64,000 bases of DNA, taken from an uncultured Spirochaetaceae bacterium. Its GTDB lineage: Bacteria; Spirochaetota; Spirochaetia; SZUA-6; DRHE01. A program made the translations under genes and the position numbers. The notes beneath the pieces were generated by a model that worked only from the letters and a program-made list of their open reading frames with translations, ran no database searches and was not told where the DNA came from. This document shows, in pieces, positions 25,637 through 34,389 of this stretch. Positions within the stretch are counted from its first letter, which is position 1, and each line of letters begins with the position of its first letter. The stretch spans positions 12,911-76,910 of the forward strand of contig CAYMEK010000007.1 of NCBI GenBank assembly GCA_964389305.1, given 5' to 3'.

Positions 25637-26971
25637 ATGGCTGATATTTCCAAGCCGTCCAAGCCTACGGTCCTTGAAGACTATGGAACGAAGCCCGTTC
25701 CCGCCTCCGAGGGTAAGAGCTGGTTCACCGTCGGCATCGTTTTCTGGGGGATTGCCTTCTGTCTGCCAGCCTTCCTCATCACCAGCCTGGTCGCCTCCGC
25801 CGTAACCCTCGGGACCGCACTCGGCGCGTTCCTCATCGGCGTGGCCATCCTCACCGCTATCACCACGGCCACCGGTCTGGTCGGCGCCCAAACACGGCAA
25901 TCCTTCGGCATGTCCGCGCGCTACACCTTCGGCAAGTGGGGCGCCCTGCTCATCCAGATTGCCATGTTCTTCGCCATGTGGGGTTGGTTCGGTGTACAGC
26001 TCGGCTTCTTTGTCGCCGGTCTCGGAGAGGGTGGGCTGATGTTCGCCTTCAACTCGGTAGGAGTCACCGGCGTGCCGGTCTGGCTGTTGATGGTCATCGG
26101 AGGAGCCTGTATGACCACCACGGCGGTGTTCGGCTTCAAGGCGATCGAGCGGCTTACTGTCGTGGCGATACCCCTATTGCTGATCATTGTTATATCCACC
26201 ACCGTCCGCGCCTACCAGGGAACCTCGTTTGCCGCGGCCGTAAGCAGGACTGCGGAAGGTGCGATGCCCTTCGGCGCAGCCATCTCCATTGTGGTCAGCT
26301 CATTCGTGGTCGGAGCCCTGGCAGGACCGGACATGTCCCGGTATGCTAAAAATAAGGGCCACGCTGCCGGCGGCATGATCTTCGGCATGGGCGTCGGCTT
26401 CTTCGCAGTGCTGGTGCTGGCGGCGATCATGATCAAGGGTGCCGGGGAGATGGACTTTTCCAAGGTCATGCTGAGCCAGCCCAACATCTTCTGGCTGGTC
26501 CTCGCCATCATTACGATCCTGCTGGCCGCCTGGACGACCAATGACAACAACCTGTACCAGGGCAGCCTGGCTCTCAACGCCGTGCTGACCTTCATTCCCA
26601 AGTGGCTGCTTACCCTCCTGGGCGGAATCGTCGGCACGATCTTCGCTCTGCTGGGCATCAACACCGCCGGTGGCTTCACCACTTTCCTCGGGATCATCGC
26701 AGTGGTCGTTCCTCCCGCCGGAGCGGTCATGGCCGTCGACTACCTGCTGTTCCGCGGCGGCGGCTACCGTAGCGAAGACTATGCCAAGGTACCGGCTGTG
26801 CGGATCGAATCGGTAATCTCATGGGTTCTGGGCTCCGCCATGGGGTTCCTGACCAACTTCAAAGTCTTCACCTTCACCGGAATCATTGTGCTGGACTCCT
26901 TCATCGTTGCCGCCGTGGTGCACTTCATCGTCTCTTTGATCCTGCGGCGGAAGCTGAAGTTCCAGTTCTGA
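25637..26971 (+). CDS. NCS1-family transporter (cytosine/purine/hydantoin permease type)
   Basis: 444 aa with about 12 hydrophobic spans and an N-terminal region typical of purine-cytosine permeases. Confidence 0.8.
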   Translation: MADISKPSKPTVLEDYGTKPVPASEGKSWFTVGIVFWGIAFCLPAFLITSLVASAVTLGTALGAFLIGVAILTAITTATGLVGAQTRQSFGMSARYTFGKWGALLIQIAMFFAMWGWFGVQLGFFVAGLGEGGLMFAFNSVGVTGVPVWLLMVIGGACMTTTAVFGFKAIERLTVVAIPLLLIIVISTTVRAYQGTSFAAAVSRTAEGAMPFGAAISIVVSSFVVGALAGPDMSRYAKNKGHAAGGMIFGMGVGFFAVLVLAAIMIKGAGEMDFSKVMLSQPNIFWLVLAIITILLAAWTTNDNNLYQGSLALNAVLTFIPKWLLTLLGGIVGTIFALLGINTAGGFTTFLGIIAVVVPPAGAVMAVDYLLFRGGGYRSEDYAKVPAVRIESVISWVLGSAMGFLTNFKVFTFTGIIVLDSFIVAAVVHFIVSLILRRKLKFQF

Positions 26972-26990
26972 GTCCTTCGAGCAGTCCGGC

Positions 26991-27020
26991 AACAGGCTGC
27001 CCCGGCGCGGGCAGCCTGTT
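26991..27020 (+). terminator. Strong hairpin between the permease and racemase genes (terminator or attenuator)
   Basis: 12-bp perfect stem AACAGGCTGCCC / GGGCAGCCTGTT with a 6-nt loop, followed by ATCCTTCTTTCC. Confidence 0.5.
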
Positions 27021-27053
27021 ATCCTTCTTTCCCTGCCGACAGGAAAGTAGACC

Positions 27054-27785
27054 ATGAAAAAAAACATCAGTATTCGTATCATCGTCCCTATTATCACTGA
27101 CCGCTTCAACCCTGAGGTACGCCGAGAGGCTTCATCTTTTGCCGCCCCTGACACTGCGATTGAGGTTGTCAACCTGGAAAAGGGCCCCGCCTCGATCGAG
27201 TCTTTTTACGACGAAAGCCTGGCCGCCCCCTTCATCGCCGAGCAGGCGGTTCGTGCCGAGCAGGAAGGCTGTGACGGGATCTTCGTAACCTGTTTCGGAG
27301 ATCCGGGAGTCGAGGCGGCCCGCGAGGTGGTCAGGGTCCCGGTGGTAGGAGGATTTCAGCCCGCGGTTCTCACCGCCTCTCTGATTGCAGACCGCTGGTC
27401 GGTCGTGACAGTGCTCGAAAGACTCGGTCCCATGGTGTATCAAAACGCCCGCAAGCTCGGCTTGAGCGAGAACCTGGCCTCGGTGCGGGCAGTAGACATC
27501 CCGGTGCTGTCACTGGCAGACCGCGGGCGGCTGGAAGAGAGACTGCTCCGCGAGGCGGAGCTGGCGGTCAGGGAAGACAAGGCGCAGGCGGTCGTTCTGG
27601 GCTGTACCGGCATGCTGGGCTTGGCCCGACAGCTACAGGCGACGCTGGCCGATCGCGGGGTCCCCGTTCCGGTGGTAGATCCCACCGCAGCCGCCATCGG
27701 CACTCTGCTGCTCCTCATTCGCAGCGGCACTGCCCACAGCAAGCTCACCTACCCCTTCCCGCCGGAAAAGCAGCGGCGCTTCTAA
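27054..27785 (+). CDS. Asp/Glu/hydantoin racemase family protein
   Basis: 243 aa with two catalytic-Cys regions, FVTCFGDPG and VVLGCTGM, spaced as in hydantoin racemases. Confidence 0.85.
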   Translation: MKKNISIRIIVPIITDRFNPEVRREASSFAAPDTAIEVVNLEKGPASIESFYDESLAAPFIAEQAVRAEQEGCDGIFVTCFGDPGVEAAREVVRVPVVGGFQPAVLTASLIADRWSVVTVLERLGPMVYQNARKLGLSENLASVRAVDIPVLSLADRGRLEERLLREAELAVREDKAQAVVLGCTGMLGLARQLQATLADRGVPVPVVDPTAAAIGTLLLLIRSGTAHSKLTYPFPPEKQRRF

Positions 27786-27836
27786 TCTCCGTTGTAGAAA
27801 TGTAGGCTGCGAGTCCCGGTTCGGGGACCCCTAGGC

Positions 27837-28160
27837 CTAGGAAGCTCTGTCTTGCTTCATTCTCCGGGTAAACGCCAGTACCGCCTGGTCGAGCATCCGG
27901 ATGAAGGCCTCCGGGTCGGTCATGAGACTGAACTTGCCTTCGTCGATGAGCTCCTTGAGATGGAGAAGAAAGTCCTGATAGCGGCTGCCGCTTCCTGCAG
28001 GGGCAGCAGCCAGGAGGGAGCACAGACGGGATACTCCTTCGGCCAGCCGAAAGGGTCCATACTCGGCGGGCTCGTCGAAGAGGCCACGGGCGGAGGAAAG
28101 CATATAACCGATGAGGTCGAACAGACCCCTGTCCAGCGATTCCGGAAGCCCTGGATTCAT
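27837..28160 (-). CDS. Small hypothetical protein
   Basis: ORF trimmed to MNPGLPESL with GGGAGGG 5 nt upstream. Starts 1 nt after the nitroreductase stop. No family recognised with confidence. Confidence 0.5.
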   Translation of the reverse strand: MNPGLPESLDRGLFDLIGYMLSSARGLFDEPAEYGPFRLAEGVSRLCSLLAAAPAGSGSRYQDFLLHLKELIDEGKFSLMTDPEAFIRMLDQAVLAFTRRMKQDRAS

Positions 28161-28161
28161 C

Positions 28162-28677
28162 CTAACCCTCCCTTGTTCCGAATTTTTCCCAGTGGATGGC
28201 CCCCTCATCCCGAGGGGGTGCCTGAGGGGCGACGGCGGGATAGCCGAACATGATCAGGAGCTCCGGCTGAAGGTTCTCCGGGGCCTGCAGGATCTCCCGC
28301 AGGGCCGCAAGGTTAGTGGAGCGCATCACGCAGCTTCCCATACCGAGATCGTAGGCCCGCAGCATCATGTTCTGTGCAGCCATGGCGCAATCGAACAGAG
28401 CCAGAACCGGTCCCAGACGGAACGCCGCTGCCTTGCGCTGATCCGAGCAGATGCAAACCAGAGCCTTGGGTTCCCAAAGCATCCCGGGGGAGACCACCCG
28501 GATCTGATGGATCGTGTCCCGATCCGTGATGCCGATAAAAGCCCAGGGCTGTTTGTTCCCTCCCGAGGGAGCCCAGATCCCGGCCTTCAGCACCTTCTGC
28601 AGCAGCTTTCGGTCCACCGTCTGGTCGGTGTACTGCCGGACACTCCGCCTTCCGAATATCGCTTTCTCTACTTCCAT
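28162..28677 (-). CDS. Nitroreductase family protein
   Basis: 171 aa with N-terminus AIFGRRSVRQYTDQ and SGGNKQPW, typical of the family. Confidence 0.85.
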   Translation of the reverse strand: MEVEKAIFGRRSVRQYTDQTVDRKLLQKVLKAGIWAPSGGNKQPWAFIGITDRDTIHQIRVVSPGMLWEPKALVCICSDQRKAAAFRLGPVLALFDCAMAAQNMMLRAYDLGMGSCVMRSTNLAALREILQAPENLQPELLIMFGYPAVAPQAPPRDEGAIHWEKFGTREG

Positions 28678-28678
28678 C

Positions 28679-30235
28679 TTAGCTGGCGAGGCGGCCCACG
28701 GCCTTCACTCTGAAGCGTACCGCGTTGCTGGGAAGGTAGGCCAAGGGGATCTCTTCCAGCTCCACGATTTCCAGACTCTCCTTCTCGGCCCCGGCCCTCA
28801 TCGCCTCTTGGCGGGCCTCCTCCTTGACCTGGGCGATCACCGCGTCCCGGCCCTTGGTGGCCACATCGTACACCCCGTCCACGCTACCGGAGACCTGGGC
28901 TATCGCCGCTCCAATGGCGTTGGCCACATCAAAGTGCTCGGGACGCACGACCCGGCTCGCCCCGGTCAGACGATTCGGCAGGAGAATGCTCCCCCCTCCG
29001 ACCAGAACGACCGGGATGTCTTCGGAGGTGGTTTTCACTTTGTCGACCACCTCTTCGACCATGGCCTGGATGCAGGCGGCGGCTGACTTTACCATGGCTT
29101 TGTCCAAGCTTTTCACTTTCTCGGCATCCCCTAAGGCAGCCAGTCCCGCGGCGACCGCAATATCGGTGGCGGTGAGAGTCTTGCCGCCGAACAGAAGCGC
29201 CTCCCGAGCGATACGGTAGCCGACCGAATCAGGCCCGACCGCGCAGCCGCCGTTCTTCCGGTGCACCAGGGAACCGCCCCCCAGGCCGATGGAGATCAGG
29301 TCGGGCATGCGGAAGTTGGTGCGCACTCCGCCGATCTGCACATCCACGGTAGACTCCCGGGGGAAGCCGCGGCGCAGGATCCCCACGTCTGTAGTCGTAC
29401 CTCCCACGTCCACCACGACGGCTTCGCTCAGACCGGACAGAAAGGCCGCCCCCCGCAGGGAGTTGGTGGGGCCGGAGGCTATGGTGAACACCGGGTAGCG
29501 GCGGGCGTAGTCCACGGACATGAGGGTGCCGTCGTTCTGGGTAATGAACAGATCCGCCTGGATCCCGTGGGTCAGCAGCACATCCTGAAAGGAACGATAA
29601 GCCGTATCCGCGATGCTACGAATGGCCGCATTCAGAATGGTGGCGTTCTCCCGCTCCAGGATGCCGATGGTACCGATCTCGCTGGATAGGGAAATCGGGA
29701 AATCTTCCCCAAACAGGGCTTGAGCCTTATCGCGCACCGTACGCTCCTGCTCTGCGTTGATCGGGGAAAAGACGCAGGAGACCGCCAGGGCCTGGATATC
29801 CGCTTCTTTGAGAGCCTGCAGAGTCTCTTCGATCTCCCGGTCGTCCGGGGCGGCCAGCAGCGCCCCGTTGTACTCATACCCCCCCTTCACGATATGGTAG
29901 TGCCTGCCCAGATGGGACAGGATATCCTGCGGCCATTCCAAATACGGCGGAACGGCCAATCCCGAAGGAGCGCTCAACCGGATGATCCCGACCCTGGACA
30001 AACCCCTGCGCTCCACGATCGCATTGGTACAGTGAGTCGTTCCCAACATGGCATGGACGATCTTTTTCGTATCGATCCTTCCACCCTCCAGCACTCCGTC
30101 CACAGCCTCTTTGATCCCCGTTGAGACGTCCTCCGTAGTCGGTCGCTTACACTTAGCCGCCACGCGGTCCTTCGGGTCCAGAATCACCGCGTCGGTGTTG
30201 GTGCCGCCCACGTCAATGCCCAATCTGTAGTTCAT
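28679..30235 (-). CDS. Hydantoinase/oxoprolinase family protein (HyuA-like, ATP-grasp/ASKHA type)
   Basis: 518 aa with N-terminus YRLGIDVGGTNTDAVIL and a second phosphate motif VVVDVGGTTTDVG. Confidence 0.85.
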   Translation of the reverse strand: MNYRLGIDVGGTNTDAVILDPKDRVAAKCKRPTTEDVSTGIKEAVDGVLEGGRIDTKKIVHAMLGTTHCTNAIVERRGLSRVGIIRLSAPSGLAVPPYLEWPQDILSHLGRHYHIVKGGYEYNGALLAAPDDREIEETLQALKEADIQALAVSCVFSPINAEQERTVRDKAQALFGEDFPISLSSEIGTIGILERENATILNAAIRSIADTAYRSFQDVLLTHGIQADLFITQNDGTLMSVDYARRYPVFTIASGPTNSLRGAAFLSGLSEAVVVDVGGTTTDVGILRRGFPRESTVDVQIGGVRTNFRMPDLISIGLGGGSLVHRKNGGCAVGPDSVGYRIAREALLFGGKTLTATDIAVAAGLAALGDAEKVKSLDKAMVKSAAACIQAMVEEVVDKVKTTSEDIPVVLVGGGSILLPNRLTGASRVVRPEHFDVANAIGAAIAQVSGSVDGVYDVATKGRDAVIAQVKEEARQEAMRAGAEKESLEIVELEEIPLAYLPSNAVRFRVKAVGRLAS

Positions 30236-31323
30236 GATGTCTTCCTTTTCGCCAGCTCTTCAATAGGAACGTAGTCCAGGTCATACTTGAAGTAGCGGGG
30301 GCCCACCAGAGCAATTCCGGCCTCCGATCTCCATATGGGAGAGCACGGCATACCGATGATCACTACCCGCTGGCCGTAGCGCAGGCGCTCGGTGGTTATG
30401 GGCCGGCCCGTCTCTCGATCCAATACGGTAATCAGGTCCGGAACGATGGCGCAGGGCTCCCCGTTGCGCAGCCCGACTAAATTCTCGTTTTGGAAGTGCA
30501 GCTCGAAAGCGATCCCTTTATCGCCGTCCATTCCCTCGAACAGGGCCTTACCCCGCACAAACCCGGTGGTCAGATCCCTGCGTACGTCCGTAACTTTGCC
30601 CTCGAACAGGCGATAGCCCCTGGTTACCTCCAGGATAGAGTCCACCGGGTTGAGCTTGTTGCGATTGGCTTCCACGATCCGCCGGCCGATCTCCATGGCC
30701 AGAGTGATCGTTCCCCGCACACACCACTGTTTCATCTTCTTTCCATCCACGACGTACAGCCCGATCATGGAGGCGAGACCCATGGCGATGGTTACAGTCC
30801 GGGAGAGGGTCTCCACCCAGGAGTTGCTGACCGCTTCGATCAGAACCTTGTTTCCCCTCTCGTCGCAGCAAACCATGGGCCAGGCTTTTGCGCCGCCGAT
30901 GGTCAAGGTGGTCATCGGGATCTCTGGGAAGGCCCTGCCCATTCCGTCGGCGTCAACCATAGGCAGCCGCAGGCGAGCCGCGGTATACACCGGAATACAG
31001 GAGTTGATACCCCCTGCTTCGATGGGAAGCACGGCGTAGGCCTTTCTGCCGAAGAATGACTCCATGGCCCTGAAGGCTGCTTCCGGCTCCTGTCCATTGG
31101 GCAGCTTTTCCAACATCACCGCGGGGGCGCCCATCATTGCCGAGGGGATGAGCAGGGCATCGTCCGGAACCTCCTCCGGGCTCAGGAGCTTCACCTCCCC
31201 TTTCTCGAGAAGGGCTTCCTTGGCCATCAGACGACCGAGGTAGGGGTCCCCTCCCCCTCCGGCGCCCAAAACGGCCGCGCCGATGGCCAGATAATCAATT
31301 GAACGGGCTGTCAACACATCCAC
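30232..31323 (-). CDS. DUF917-family protein
   Basis: 363 aa with a GTG start and GGAGGG RBS. N-terminus AIGAAVLGAGGGGDPYLG as I recall for DUF917. 4-nt overlap with the HyuA-like gene. Confidence 0.7.
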   Translation of the reverse strand: MDVLTARSIDYLAIGAAVLGAGGGGDPYLGRLMAKEALLEKGEVKLLSPEEVPDDALLIPSAMMGAPAVMLEKLPNGQEPEAAFRAMESFFGRKAYAVLPIEAGGINSCIPVYTAARLRLPMVDADGMGRAFPEIPMTTLTIGGAKAWPMVCCDERGNKVLIEAVSNSWVETLSRTVTIAMGLASMIGLYVVDGKKMKQWCVRGTITLAMEIGRRIVEANRNKLNPVDSILEVTRGYRLFEGKVTDVRRDLTTGFVRGKALFEGMDGDKGIAFELHFQNENLVGLRNGEPCAIVPDLITVLDRETGRPITTERLRYGQRVVIIGMPCSPIWRSEAGIALVGPRYFKYDLDYVPIEELAKRKTS

Positions 31324-31365
31324 CGTTTCCCTCCGTTGGTGCTTCGATCCATCGATCAGGTCTAT

Positions 31366-31394
31366 ATTAAAGAGGAAGCGGATTTAAAAGTCAA
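31366..31394 (-). promoter_or_regulatory. Candidate sigma70 promoter for the DUF917 operon
   Basis: Minus strand reads TTGACT (31394-31389), 17-nt spacer, TTTAAT (31371-31366), with an upstream A-tract. Confidence 0.5.
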
Positions 31395-31513
31395 ACTTTT
31401 TTCGAAAGCGAGTTAGGCCGCCGACCGGGCTGCCCAGGCGGACGCACGAGCCGCCGACCTCGGTGCTGAAGCCTCCGCCGGCGCAGCTGGCACCGCGGGC
31501 GCCGCCAGCGAGT

Positions 31514-32662
31514 TCAGCGGCGCAGGCGTTTCCGCCAGCGGCGAAAATAAAAGGTTCGCACGGCCTCGGCCAGGCGGTAGGCCTGGTAGAGCCCGGGCCG
31601 GAAGGGCACATCATAGCAGCCCAACCGGTTGAGAATGGTGCCTCCGAAGCCGGTCTTGAAGCGATACAGCCCGTGCATGGGCTGCGCGGGGTCGTCGTCG
31701 GCCGGAATTCCGAACAGGTCGTACTGCCTGCAGCCCCGTTGCTTGGCCAGGCGAATGGCCTGCCACTGCAGGGCGTAGGCGGGCATGAGGTTGCGCTTGC
31801 GGCTGGAGGAGGCGCCGTAGAGGTACCAGGAGCGCTCGCCCCTCAGGGCCACGATGATCCCGCCGAGCAGCTCCCCCTGGTGGCGGGCCACCAGCAGGTG
31901 CAGCTCCGGGCCGCCGGCTCCGTAGCCGGCGGCCAGATCGAACAACTTCCGGTAATAGCTCTCGCTGTGCAGGGTGATCCGGTCCCGGCGGGCCGTTTCC
32001 ACGTACAGCCGGTACCACTCCGCCACAGCCTGCCGGAGGGAGTCCGCCGAATCCATCCCCGGCGCGGAATCTCCGGCCGCCGAGACCTGCACGCCCTTCC
32101 TGGCCGCCAGACGAATGTTGTAGCGGGTCTTGCTCTTCATCCGCGCCAGGAGGTCCTGCTCGTCCCCTCCGAGATCGATCAGCACCGTGCTGGGCGGCTG
32201 AATGTCCATCGGGGCCTTGTACAGCCCCTTGGAGGCTTCAAGCCGCCCGGGCAGCTCTCCCGCCCCCTTCCTGCCCCAGGGCAGGTCGAAGCGCAGGAAC
32301 ACACAGCCGCGCAGGTGGGGCCGCAGAGCCCCGGCCAGATCGAGGAGCAGCTTTTCCCTGCCCTGCCGCGGATCCGGCACCTCGGGACCGTGGGGAACGT
32401 AGGCCAGGTTGAAGCCCGCGCCGAGCGGCCGCGCCAGCACCAGGAGGAGGAAAGCGGCATCCCGGTAGCGGCAGCGGAAAGCGTGCGGCCGCCAGCCGAG
32501 CTGCCGGCGGAAGGAAGCCCAGAAGCCGCTTTGCAGGAAGCTTTGGTTGCCGTCCAGCTCGCGCAGCTCCGCCGTTTCCACGCTCAGGCCTGCACGCTCG
32601 CCTCCTCCCTGCCGGCCTTCCGCGGAGCCGAATCCGGAGCTCATCGAACGGCTCTTGCCCAT
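31514..32662 (-). CDS. FemAB-family aminoacyl-tRNA-dependent peptidoglycan bridge transferase (family call)
   Basis: About 382 aa. ATG at 32662 lies 6 nt after the upstream stop, with GAGGG upstream. Contains SFLQSGFWASFRR and YLYGASSS, typical of FemX/FemAB-like proteins. Confidence 0.7.
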   Translation of the reverse strand: MGKSRSMSSGFGSAEGRQGGGERAGLSVETAELRELDGNQSFLQSGFWASFRRQLGWRPHAFRCRYRDAAFLLLVLARPLGAGFNLAYVPHGPEVPDPRQGREKLLLDLAGALRPHLRGCVFLRFDLPWGRKGAGELPGRLEASKGLYKAPMDIQPPSTVLIDLGGDEQDLLARMKSKTRYNIRLAARKGVQVSAAGDSAPGMDSADSLRQAVAEWYRLYVETARRDRITLHSESYYRKLFDLAAGYGAGGPELHLLVARHQGELLGGIIVALRGERSWYLYGASSSRKRNLMPAYALQWQAIRLAKQRGCRQYDLFGIPADDDPAQPMHGLYRFKTGFGGTILNRLGCYDVPFRPGLYQAYRLAEAVRTFYFRRWRKRLRR

Positions 32663-32668
32663 CAACCC

Positions 32669-34363
32669 TCAGTTCCCGGCTGCCGGGAAATGTCCTTCGA
32701 TCACCTCGGCTTCGACCGTCCCGGCTACTTGAAGCAAAGTCAGGCCCATCTGAGCCCAGGCCGGATCGGCCGGATCGATCGTTCCCAGCCTGATCTTCAG
32801 CCCGTAGGGTTCGCCCCGTGGGAAAGAGGGATCCAGCCAGCGCCAGCGACCCGCAACGAAGGCCTCGCTCCAGGCGTGTCCGATCAACCCTCCCTCGGTC
32901 AGGATCAACCCGTAGGCGAGGCGCGAGGGAATCTTCAGCTTACGCAGCAGCGCGACCAGCAGCAGGGCGTGCTCGGTACAGTCGCCCGCCTGTGACGAGA
33001 GGATCTCCTTGACGCCGGCAAAGCCGTAGGCCAGCGACTTGCTCCGTATGAACTGGTATACCAGCCGTTCCAGGCACTCCATACGCTCCTGATCGGCCTT
33101 GCTACGACCGTCTATCTCGGGCTCTTCCTGGCCCTGTTTCCCGGGCGGGCAGCGGGAAAGCAGCCCCTGCAACCTCGGATCGTCCAGGCTGAGATAGTAC
33201 CCGTCCCGGGTATATAGCTTCAAATTCTGGCTTTGCCCGCTGCCGTCCCCGGCACCCTCTTCGGAGTCTCCCCGGGCCTGGCTTTGCTCCGCAGGCCGGA
33301 AACCGGCTCTCTCGAGTCGAACGGTCAGGCCCCCGGTACGGGCTGCTGGATCTGCGGAAGGCTCCAGGATCTGCAGGGGCATTCCGTCCTGGGAATCCCC
33401 GCCGTCCCGCATGGATCCAACGCTCAGGTCGGCAACGGCGGAGCGGATCGACTCCTCCAGGAGCTCGAGCCCCGATTCCCGGCCGCGGAAAATCAAGGTG
33501 ACGGATTGCAGCCGTGAAAGCGGCCCCCGCAGCTCCTCGAGACCCCGCACTTCAACGGCCAGGGAGGCCACATCGAACACGGCTGCCTCGTCGGTCCGGC
33601 CGCCGGCCGGGACCCTAGAATCCCGGCCAGGTCGTTCTGGCGCCTGGCCCGGCGGGATCCGGACAACCTCCAAGGCCAGACCGGCCGGGGTCCTGCAATA
33701 GAGCAGCTCGCCCTGGTCGCCCAGCACTTCCTTGCTTACCACGCCGGGCAGGGCCGACGATTCTTCCTCCACCAGGACCCCCCGGTGCAGCCGGCCCCGG
33801 GAATCCTCGAGCTCCCCCGGGCCGAGGACTTGCAGCCGCACTTCCTCGATTTTCAACGTCTCCGGAGAAAACAGGCGGTAGTGAAGCTCGGAGTCCCGCA
33901 GCGCACCGGAAACGGCTCCGGCCGCCAGCCGGGTGGCTGCGTACAGTCCGAGAACCTCCTGCTCGGCCGGCAGGAACAGCCGCTTTCCGCCTCCGCCGCC
34001 GGCCAACCGGACTGTCAATCCCCCCTCCCCTGCCTCGACCGCGACGCTCTGTTTCTGGCCGTTCATGTCCAGCTCCGAGGAAAGGCTGATCAGGGCGCCA
34101 TCGCCCTCCTCTAGCCAGACGTCTTTCTGGTTGACGGTGAAAGGGACTTCGAAACGGCGGATGCGCATGGACTGCTCCAGCTCGCTTCGAAACCTCCCTT
34201 CCGGAGTACGCCAGGTGGTCTGATGCAGGTAGCCTACGGCCGTACCGTTCAGAAGCAAAGTGTACCAGTCCTCGGCTAGCTTTTGCTGGGCATGCGCCAG
34301 GCCCGGCCGGTGAAGCAGGAGGAACGCAGCAAGAAAAACAGCAGGAAGAAAAAGCCGTTTCAT
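32669..34363 (-). CDS. Exported transglutaminase-like (Cys-His-Asp core) protein
   Basis: Signal peptide MKRLFLPAVFLAAFLLLHRPGLAHA. C-terminal GDCTEHALLLVALLRKLKIPSRL...GHAWSEAF...WLDPS. The start could instead be the TTG at 34381. Confidence 0.75.
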   Translation of the reverse strand: MKRLFLPAVFLAAFLLLHRPGLAHAQQKLAEDWYTLLLNGTAVGYLHQTTWRTPEGRFRSELEQSMRIRRFEVPFTVNQKDVWLEEGDGALISLSSELDMNGQKQSVAVEAGEGGLTVRLAGGGGGKRLFLPAEQEVLGLYAATRLAAGAVSGALRDSELHYRLFSPETLKIEEVRLQVLGPGELEDSRGRLHRGVLVEEESSALPGVVSKEVLGDQGELLYCRTPAGLALEVVRIPPGQAPERPGRDSRVPAGGRTDEAAVFDVASLAVEVRGLEELRGPLSRLQSVTLIFRGRESGLELLEESIRSAVADLSVGSMRDGGDSQDGMPLQILEPSADPAARTGGLTVRLERAGFRPAEQSQARGDSEEGAGDGSGQSQNLKLYTRDGYYLSLDDPRLQGLLSRCPPGKQGQEEPEIDGRSKADQERMECLERLVYQFIRSKSLAYGFAGVKEILSSQAGDCTEHALLLVALLRKLKIPSRLAYGLILTEGGLIGHAWSEAFVAGRWRWLDPSFPRGEPYGLKIRLGTIDPADPAWAQMGLTLLQVAGTVEAEVIEGHFPAAGN

Positions 34364-34389
34364 GGGCCGGCGATACCGCAAGAGCCGCC

